DNA of 64,000 nt from Leucoraja erinacea (taxonomy: Eukaryota), in the NCBI RefSeq assembly GCF_028641065.1, contig NW_026576170.1:62001-126000 (forward strand), written 5' to 3'. Position numbers and translations under genes: made by a program. The notes below the pieces were generated by a model. The model had not been told where the DNA came from. It was given only the letters and a program-made list of their open reading frames with translations, and ran no database searches. Positions 51,514-61,430 of this stretch are shown here, piece after piece (positions within the stretch are counted from its first letter, which is position 1; each line of letters opens with the position of its first letter).

Positions 51514-53594
51514 TTATTTGAACCGTTGTCTAATTATGTTGAAAGGGTATTGGATAGTTGTCTTCAGCTGCTGTCTGAATTTAGTCTGAGTCCCCGCATA
51601 GATAAATGTGTTGGCGCAGGAACTGAGAAACTGCAACATATATCCGCCTTCTTGAAAGATGAACTTCGGGTCATTGGAATTAGAGGCGCTGACATAGTTA
51701 TTCGCTGAGATTTGCACAAATAGAAAATTTGCAACGTCCGTGGCCCAGAGCAGAATAAAACAGCCCGAGATGGCGAATAGCAAAATGATGGACTTTCTCC
51801 TGCTCTGCATCTCTGGGTCCCTCTGTTTCTCTCCGTTGTTCTGGGCCCGAAGTCTACCGCGTGCTCTGTTGGCGGCCAGGATATATCTGACCGTCAGCAC
51901 ATTGAGCATCAAAATCAGTAGGAAAGGAACGCATGGGTTTAACATCCGGTGCGACCATTCATACACTCTCCAAGCGACGGAAATATAAAATATTTCTTTT
52001 ATGCTGCAGAACCAGGGCACTGTATCGATAATGTACATCGGTTCAAATTCAAAATAAAACGGGACGTTTCTCAAACAGGCGAGGAAGCAAACGGTTCCAA
52101 TAACAACGGCCGCGGTTTTCTCGGTGCAATACCTCAGTTTCAGTTGTTGGCAGCAGATCGCCACACACCGATCGAAGGTGAAAGCCACCGTTAACCAAAC
52201 GGAAGCATCTTTAGCAGCGGAGCTGAGCGCAATGATTAGACTGCAACCCGGCGTGGTGGACAAGATACTAACTGGAAAATAAATCGCCCGAAGGCGGCTG
52301 AATATCACAGCCGTGACGATGACCAGGAAATCCGTCACCGCCATGAATACCAGGTACCGAGTGATGCATTTCGAGAGGCCGCACTTTCCCTGGGACAGAA
52401 TGGCAATCGTCAGGACGTTAGCTGCAAGGAAAAGAGTGGGATTATGTAAATAATATCTATCGGTGATCTCTTCATAACTGGCTTTTGGGAGCAGACGTGC
52501 AATCCCATATCGTTGCAATGAATGCAGAGCGTGAAGCGGTTATTGGTTTGATGGTTACTTGTTTCTGATATCAAATGGCCACGCGAAACCGAGCTCTACG
52601 GCCTATCGCGTGCACTACGATGGACATAATCGCGCAGTCTTATGAATTTCACTGCCTGGTATAATTTACGTGGTATGTATATTTGTGCGTGTTGCCTGTC
52701 ATGCTGTTGCAAGCACGATTTTTATGGTAACCATATAAACCATATAACAATTACAGCACGGAAACAGGCCATCTCGGCACTACAAGACCGTGCCGAACAA
52801 CTTTTTTCCCCTTAGTCCCACCTGCCTGCACTCATACCATAACCCTCCATTCCCTTCTCATCCATATGCCTATCCAATTTATTTTTAAATGATACCAAGG
52901 AACCTGCCTCCACCACTTCCACTGGAAGCTCATTCCACACCGCTATCACTCTCTGAGGAAAGAAGTTCCCCCTCATATTACCCCCAAACTTCTGTCCCTT
53001 AATTCTGAAGTCATGTCCTCTCGTTTGAATCTTCCCTATTCTCAAAGGGAAAAGCGTGTCCACATATGCTTGGTACATGTGCCTCGTCACACTTGACTTG
53101 TCTATCTTCAAACAGGACAAGGTTAATTAATAACTGAAATGACTTACAGATTAACACGGACAGGACAATTTTAAGCAAGGCATGGTAGACATATTGGAAC
53201 AGGATATGTGGAGTTTTATGGACGAATCTGAAAGCGCCAGTAAAGTATATTTGCAACAAAACTAAGACATAAGGGGAACTTCGAATCAACTATGAAAATA
53301 GGTTATGCCATAAAATAAATTATTGTAATAATGTAAAGACTGGATATAATAAGTAACGCCCTTACCAAAGCTGCCCCGTGTAAAATTCGCAGTTTTAAGA
53401 GCAACGATAAGGGACAAATTGTGGAAAATTGTGGTGTAGAACCAAAGAGTAAGGCGGCCCGAGCGGAACATATCAGCTCATCATGGACACGGTTACGTAT
53501 TTATCAACTCTGGCGAAGCTTCACCTGGAACACCGACGACTGCAAGGATTGTGTAATAAGTGGCGAAGATTGGTCCGTTTCCAGGCGCGTGCAT
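51514..53594 (-). CDS. GPR139/GPR142-like class A GPCR G4, join(53525-53594, 51514-52421), 325 aa
   Basis: Exon 1 MHAPGNGPIFATYYTILAVVGVP with GTGAAG donor; TTGCAG acceptor; intact 7TM frame that retains the TM6 Trp (FILLWAT). Confidence 0.92.
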
Positions 53595-54119
53595 CTTCCC
53601 TGATTTCGATTGCGGAGCTGCATCAGCTAAAATAAACACGAGCACACGAATATTTATGTCTTATATCATCCTCTGGGGAGCAATTAGATTGCAACATCGT
53701 CATTACTTCTTTTGATATTCCGGTTGAAGACGAAACAATCGTGTTTACAGACTTCTTCGTATCGAGTCCACATCACAAGATTAGAAAGTGTAAGCCAGGG
53801 CTGCACACGCTTCTCGGAATCTGCACACAATGGTGTCTGTCTTGCGTTTCTTGCGCGTCTTGTGCGTGGTGGTGGAAAGGTTGGTGGAAACAGGGGCGCG
53901 ACGTGAACGCCCTTTCATTGACTCCATTTTTACGATAATGAATGCAATTAAATGCACCTAATTCGACGAGCATTCTAGCCCCGGGTTGAATGGACGTCGC
54001 CGCTTCGATGCAATGTAAATAAAATGTAAGGTATATAAGGTATAAATAGTAATTAAGGCGAGTTACACGGAAACGGGACCGCCGGCGCAACGCATCAATT
54101 CCGATCAAGTCACAGTCAG

Positions 54120-56560
54120 ACCGTCATAAAGTGATACAGCGTGGAAACAGGCCCTTCGTCACAGCTTGCCCACACAGAGCAAGAAATCCCCAGCTAAACT
54201 AGTCCCACTTGCCACCGCTTGGTCCGTATCCCTTCAAACCTGTCCTAGGCATGTAACTGTCCGACTATTTCTTAAACGACGGGGTAGTCCAAGCCTCAAC
54301 TGTCTCCTCTGGCAGCTTGTTGCATACATCCAACACCCACTGCTTGAAAAAGTTACCGCTCGGATTCCTACTAAATCTTTTCCCGTTCACCTTGGTCCAA
54401 TGTCCTCTAGTCCTCGATTCCCCCAGTCTGGACAAGGGACTCTGTACATCTACCCGATCTATTCATCTCATGATTTTGTACACCTCAATAAGATCATCCT
54501 CACCCTCCTACTCTCCATGGAATAGGGACCTAGTCTACTCAACCTCTCTCTATAACTCGCACCCTCGCATCTTGGCAACATCCTCGTAAATCTTTTCTGA
54601 ACCGTTTCAAGCTTGAAAATATCTTTGCTATAACATGGTGCCCAGAACTGAACACAATATTCTAAATGCGGTTTCATCAACGTCTTATAGAACTGCAACA
54701 TGACCGCCCAACTTCCATATTCATTACTCTGACTGATGTAGGCTAAAGTGCCACAAATCTTCTTGCCCACCTTATCAACCTGCCACTTGACCTTCAAGGA
54801 ACCATGCACCTGTACTCCTTGATCCCACTGCTGTAACACACTACCCAGAGGCCTACCATTTACTGTATAGGCCCTGTCCCTGTTGGACGTCCCAAAACAC
54901 TTCACACTTATCTGTATTAAATTCCATCAACCTTTCCTCCGCCCACCTTGCCAATCGATCCAGATCCTGCTACAATACTTCACAGTCATCTTCACCATCT
55001 GCAAAACCACTCACTTTTGTATCATCAGCAAACTTGCTAATATTTCCCCGTATGGTCTCATCCAAATCATTGATGTTGATGACAAACAGTAACGGGCCCA
55101 GCACCGAACCCTGAGGCACACACTAGTCACAGGCCTCCAGTCTGAGAAGCAATCTTCCACCTTCACCCTCTGCTTCTGTCCATTGAGCCAATTCATTGTC
55201 CATTCAGCTAGCTCTCCGTGGATCTAACCTTTCAGAGCAGCTGACCATGCGGACCCTGGTTCAATTCTTTACTGAAATCCATGTACACAACCTCGACAGC
55301 ACTACCCTCGTCGACCTTTTTGGTCATGTCTTCAAAACATCACTCAGATTTGTGAGACACGATCTCCCACGTACAAACCATGTTGACTATCCCTACTCAA
55401 CCCTTGCCCATCCAAATGTTTTTATAACATATCCATCAGAATACTCTCTCGTAACATTCCAACTACAGATGTTCAGCTCACTGGTCTAGAGTTCGCAGCA
55501 TTTCCCCTGCAGCCCTTCTTGAAAAGAGCCACAACATTTGCCACCCTCCAGTCCTCCGGCACCTCTCTTGCATTTAAAGATGACTCATCAATTTCAACCA
55601 GGGCTCCCGAAAAGGAGGATGCTCACCGTCGGGGTTCGGCGTCGGCGTTCCACCAGCCCGGCCTGAGGGCCTGAACATCGGGCCAACCGGGGCGGCGACT
55701 GCGGGTGCTCGGAAGGCCCCGACCACGGATGAACACGGAGGGGAGGCTGGCTGGACTATGGTGCCATCCTCACCTTGGTGCCATTTATGTTATGTTGTGT
55801 CGTGGACTTTCCGTGTTTGTGCTTTTTATAAATTCAATTTCAATTTTATTTTTAATATGTTTTATTATTTTTTTTTTATTTTTTTATTTTTTGTTATGAT
55901 ACTGCCTGTAAGGGAAATTCATTTCGTTGTCTCAAATTGAGACAATGACAATAAATTTGAATACAATACAATACAATTTGCTCTCTAGTTTCCTGCAATT
56001 TCCACGGATATATCTGATAAGGCCCTGGATGGTTGGCTACCTTCATACACAACAGTGTATTCAATACTGCTTCCACGGTGACACTGACTGCTCTCTAGAC
56101 CCTCCCATTGACTGCCCCCAAGTACCTCGGCCTATTGTATTTCTCCTCGGTCAATACAGAGGAGAAATATTCATTGAGGACTTTGTCCATCTCATATGGC
56201 TCCACACAGAGGTGACCGCTTTGATTTCTGAGAGGTCCCAGTCTCTCTCTAGTTACCCTTTCCCCCGTATACGTTTATAACATATTTTGGGAATGTCCTT
56301 CATGCTTCCCGCCAGAGCTATCTCCTGGCCCATTTCTGCCCTTCTGATCTCCTTTTTTCAGTTTACTCCTTAGTTCCCGAAAGTCCTCCAAGGTTCCACT
56401 TGATCCCTGCTGTCTATACATGTGCCATGCATCCTCCTTGTTCTTGAACAACGCCTAAATTTCCATCGTCAGCCAAGCTTCCTTACATTTTCCTGATTTT
56501 CCCTTCACTCTAACGGGGACGTACAGATCCTGAGCTTTTAAATCCGCACAGATCCGCACA
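54120..56560 (-). mobile_element. Degenerate CR1 LINE with a nested short repeat (about 55612-55975; related copy about 63120-63450)
   Basis: KPHLEYCVQFWAP and QKRFTRMLP fragments. Confidence 0.8.
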
Positions 56561-56969
56561 CTTTTAAAAACATCCCACTTGGCCGATGTTCCTTTCCCTC
56601 AAATAACATGCTCCAGTCAACTACAAGTATTCTTTGTTCAAGTTTTTTTAAAGGCTGTAGTTGCTCTAGTTCGCCCAGCAACACGTGTGAGCTGGTTCCA
56701 TGAACCAATAGCCCGCTGTTTGCAACGGTTGCCCTCCGATGCATTTTACATATTTCCCTTCCCACCGTTATCTCTCACCTCTTGTCTTCGGCACTCGACT
56801 CTTGTACAAATTATATCATCATCCGCCTTAACTGAGTTTGGAAATGGCCATCTATTCAAGAGGGATCAGCAATCGTGTAGCAAAGATGACAGCCCAAGGA
56901 GGCTGTTCGCAAATATATATAATTTGTTCTCCATAGCTCTGTTTAAATAAAAACATACAAACTTCATTA

Positions 56970-57690
56970 TGAATGAATGAATGTATAAATAGGTTTATTG
57001 GCCAAGTATTCACATACAAGGAATTTGTCTTGGTGCTCCGCCCGCAAGTGACAACGACATACAATGACAGTTAGGAATGACACATAAAACATTAAACATT
57101 AATAAAAACAACACATTATTGATTAAATATGTTAATTAAATAAAACACCAGAGCAAAAGGAGGCTACAGGTTTTTGATTATTGAGTAGAGCTACTACTCG
57201 TGGAAAAAAAAGTTGTTTTTATGTCTGGCTGTGGCAGCTTTGACAGTCCGGAGTCGCCTTCCAGAGAGAAGTGATTCGCAGAGGTTGTGGTAAGGGTGAG
57301 AGGGGTCAGAAATGATCTTACCCGCTCGCTCCCCTGCCCTTGCAGTGTACAGTTCATCAATGGAGGGAAGGTTGCTGCCAATAGCCTTCTCAGCTGATCG
57401 GACGATTCGCTGCGGCCTCCAGATGTCGCGCCAAACCAGACCATGATGGTTAAGGTGGGAACATACACTACGATGGTCGTATAGAATTGGACCATCATTA
57501 CCGGTGGCAGAGTGTGCTTCATCAGTGCCGCAGGAAGTACATACTGTGTTGTGCATTTTTGACCGTGGAGTCGATGGTAGCCCCCCATTTAGAGTCCTTG
57601 GAGATGATGGTTCACAGGAACTTAAAATACTCCACATATGTGACTGTGCTGTTGTTGATGGTGAGTGGGGTGAGGGGAGGGGGACCTCTC
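56970..57690 (-). mobile_element. Rex1/Babar-type LINE 3' end; shorter copy at about 23800-24070
   Basis: QRIVRSAEKAIGSNLPSIDELYTARA...DPSHP...LLSGRRLR and a (TTCA)n tail. Confidence 0.8.
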
Positions 57691-57963
57691 CAAAAGTCTA
57701 AATAGGCGTGAGGTATTTCGAAAGCTGCGCCGCTCTGTTGAATCAACAACTGCGTACAACGTTGCTTTTTGCTATTAAGTCGTGAACTTTCGTGGTACAC
57801 ATGTTAAAGTTTGCTGTTAGTGCAATATTTTGACGGAATGGAGATATCATGTGGAGCGAGTGGCGTTTCCGCTTACAGCAAATGATTTCCGGCGCCACTG
57901 CCTGCGCCACAATAAGCTACATAGCTGAACATCTGCAGCTGATGTGCCTCAGAAACCTGCAGC

Positions 57964-58002
57964 AGTTATTGTACGAGTCTGCACGCCGTTCCCAACACTG
58001 TG
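57964..58002 (-). promoter_or_regulatory. 23-RSS of V4
   Basis: Consensus heptamer CACAGTG, 23 nt, ACAATAACT. Confidence 0.88.
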
Positions 58003-58302
58003 CGACTGCACAGTAATACATCGCCGTGTCAGACAGCCGTAGTACCGAAATAGTCATCTGATATGTTTTCGTTGACTGCTGAATTTCGTCAGAAAACCGC
58101 TCACGAGCGAAATCCGCCTTCTGGTCATACCGTCCGTCAGTGTATCTCCGGAGCAGAAACTCCGGGTGACCGTTGGGGTACTGGCGGTACCAGAACAAGT
58201 TGTAACCATCCTTGGCAAAGGTGCATGTTAAAATGGCGTTTTCCCCCTCTGTATGTGTCAGAGAAGTCTTCTCTTGGGTCACGGAATCAGCATCACCCCG
58301 AC
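58003..58302 (-). CDS. TCR alpha/delta variable gene segment V4, V exon only (no intact leader exon found; possibly ORF or pseudogene)
   Basis: Acceptor TTGCAG, then RGDADSVTQE...AILTCTF...NLFWYRQYP...LSDTAMYYCAV with an open frame, followed by a 23-RSS. Confidence 0.88.
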
Positions 58303-60182
58303 CTGCAACGCGTTAAACGGAGCGATTATTTGACTTAAATCATCAATAACTGACCTCAAAAGACCGTGAACGAATATGTGACAACAACAATTGTATTTAC
58401 GGCAGATAGTCAGTCCTTGCATATCTCACAGACGGGCAAGTTTATCCCGACGCACACTTCCTCTTTCGTCCCAGTGCACCGCCATCGATCACACACCACT
58501 CTCCCCTCGAGTTCTATTCTGGAATCTGTTTGATTTATTTCTAATATTTAGCTCTATAATCCCGTGGTGTGGAGCCGTTACATATTTCCTTGAGAAAGAA
58601 CATTCTGTCCGTTCCTGCATGATTTACCGGCGTCCATAGAATCAAATAGACATAAAAGAGACCATGAAAGAGGTTGCCATTAAAGAGACCTTTCGACCCA
58701 ACTCGTCCTTGACAACTATGGTGCCCCATCTACGTTGGCCCCAGTTACCGCGATAGGCGGACGTCTCTTTATATCTTCCCCCCTCGATGTACCTGTCCAA
58801 GTGTTTTTCAGATGCCCATTATATAACCATATAACCATATAATAATCACAGCACGGAAACAGGCCATCTCGGCGCTACAAGACCGTGCCGAACAATTATT
58901 GTCCTGCCAATTCCTGCAATTATAGAACCTGCCTCAACTACCCGGCAGCTCAAGTTCAATCTAGTGACCACCCTTTGAATAATAAAATGCCCCTCAGATT
59001 ACTCTAAAATGACTCCGCTTAGATCTGTATCTAGATCTAAATCATATTGAACCTCTTTCTCTTGGTGAAGGAAAACGGTGCATTCATCCTATCTATTTTC
59101 CTTATAATTTAATGCACCTCCATAAGTTCAGCTCTGCGCTTCAAGGAATAAAGTCTCACACTGTCCAACCGCTCCATATATCTCAAGCGATCAAATTCGG
59201 GCAATGTCGTTGTAATCCATCTATACACGCTTTCAGGGAATGGGTAAACCATCTATAGACGCAGTCCAGCAGAATGACACTCTTCCCGTAGCATTCTTCC
59301 CAAACAGAACACAATGCACGGAATGCGGCTTAGTCACCCATGATACATTTTGAACACGGAATTTCAATGCCACGGAGCTGCAACTCTCCCAATGTCGATT
59401 GCATTGCTCGTTCAACCATTAAACTCTTAAACATATTTTTCTTACTGGAGACGCAGAATACGTGTTGGATTGTAGGTCTGGTCCAACAAATGAGCCACAG
59501 CAGTTGACCGAAGCCATCTTTCTGCAAAAACGCCGCTGTTTAATACAATGAATATTCTTACTGATAATGAATGTCGCCCACATAACAGTTTGTACCATGA
59601 GGCGCATCTTTGATCCCCGTGGCGGCACCAACATTGCTGTCTCTCCTGAATACCTTCAGTGCGTCCTTCAGGCAGAATTGAGAGCGCTGGTGGGAGCTAG
59701 CCTCACGTCACTTTGTGCAGGCCACCCATAAAACGGTGGTTATATTGTCATCCCCATCTCACGCAAACGAAATGTGTGCGGAAGTGCTCTGATAAAGGAA
59801 AATCTACAAGAAGGCATCAGCAGCAGGAGAGCACCTGACACAATCAAAGCTCTCGTCAAACGTTAGATCTTTTCTCCCCTCCCTCCTCCTCTCCGACAGA
59901 AGAGGCAAATGATTAAAACTACTAGATTCAAGGACAGCTTCTTCCCTGCAATTGTAAGACTCTTGAGTGGACCTCGCGTAAGCCAAGGATTTATTTCCGA
60001 TTTCCCAGTCTACCTTGCTGCGACTCTTGCACTTTTAGTTAACCTGCACTTTCTCTGCAGGCGTCATATTTATTTAAGAGATCGTTTGTGCCCATAATGT
60101 AGGGCCCGTGCGAACCAGGTGTTGGACGTTCCACTGCATTTGAAGGATGTTAGTGGACAGTTATTTATTCTGTGGGCAAATG

Positions 60183-61430
60183 TGCATTCATAGCAAAAGG
60201 ATTTGAGTATAGGAGCAGGAAGGTTCTACTGCAGTTGTACAGGGTCTTGGTGAGACCACACCTGGAGTATTGCGTACAGTTTTGGTCTCCTAATCTGAGG
60301 AAATACATTCTTGCCATAGAGGGCGTACAGAGAAGGTTCACTAGACTGATTCCTGGGATGTCAAGACTTTCATATGAAGAAAGACTGGATACACTCGGTT
60401 TGTACTCGCTAGAATTTAGAAGATTGTGGGCGGATCTTATAGAAACTTACAAAATTCTTAATGGATTGGGCAGGCTAGATGCAGAAAGGTTGTTCCCGAT
60501 GTTGGGGAAGTCCAGAACAAGGGGTCACAGTTTAAGGATAAGATGGAAATATTTTAGGACCGAGACGAGGAAAGCTTTTTTCACACAGGGAGTGGTGAAT
60601 GTCTGGAATTCTCTGCCGCAGAAGGTAGGTGAGTCCAGTTCATTGGCTACATTTAAGAGGGAGTTAGATATGGCCCTTGTGGCTAAAGGGATCAATGGGT
60701 ATGGAGAGAAGGCAGGTACAGGATACTGAGTTGGATGATCAGCCATGATCATATTGAATGGCGGTGCAGGCTCGAAGGGCCGAATGGCCTTCTCCTGCAC
60801 CTATTTTCTCTGTTTCTATGTGTGAGTCGCCATCGTCAGTTGGACTCTATTATGCCATGAAGTCGGAACATGATAGAAACATAGGGAATAGGTGCAGGAG
60901 GAGGCCATTCGGCCCTTCGAGCCAGTACCGCTATTCATTGTGGTCATGGGTGATCGTCCCCTATCAATAACCCGTACCTGCCTTCTCCCCATATCCCTTG
61001 ACCCCACTAGCCCCTAGAGCTATATCTAACTCTCTCTTAAATTCATCCAGTGACTTGGACACCATCTGTGGCAGGGAATTCCATAAATTCACAACTCTCT
61101 GGATGAAAAGTCTATTCCCACCTCAGTCTTAAATGGCCTCCCTTTGATTCTAAAACCGTGGCCCCTGGTTCTAGACTCGCCCCACATTTGGGAATATTTT
61201 TCCTGCATCTAGCTTGATAAGATATCCCCTCATCCTTCTAAACTCCAGTGAATACAAGCCTAGTATTTTCAATCGTTCCTCATATGACCGTCCCGCCATC
61301 CCAGGGATCAATCTCGTGAACCTGGGCTGCATTGCCTGAATCACAAGGATGTCCTTCCTCAAATTAGGAGACCAAAACTGTACACAATACTCCAGATGTG
61401 GTCTCGCTCGATCCCTATACAACTGCAGTT
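60183..61430. mobile_element. Two tail-to-tail CR1 3' ends (60183-60820 +, 60870-61430 -)
   Basis: ORF 60172-60729 is the CR1 ORF2 C-terminus; the two tails face each other. Confidence 0.9.

Noticed and set aside
52422-52518. In-frame N-terminal extension of the G4 ORF suggesting a single-exon gene
   Set aside because: It has a non-ATG start and runs through the splice acceptor; the true exon 1 homologous to G1-G3 is at 53525-53594.
22320-53594. Calling the GPCRs olfactory receptors or the true GPR139 orthologue
   Set aside because: No OR motifs (MAYDRYVAIC, KAFSTC). They are multi-copy and divergent, so the call is family-level only and no symbol is given.
12844-58302. Immunoglobulin cluster or IgNAR-type V segments
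   Set aside because: No adjacent D/J/C segments, and the framework motifs (WYRQ/WYKQ with CALS, CAMR, CAV ends) plus 23-RSS fit TCR alpha/delta V better.
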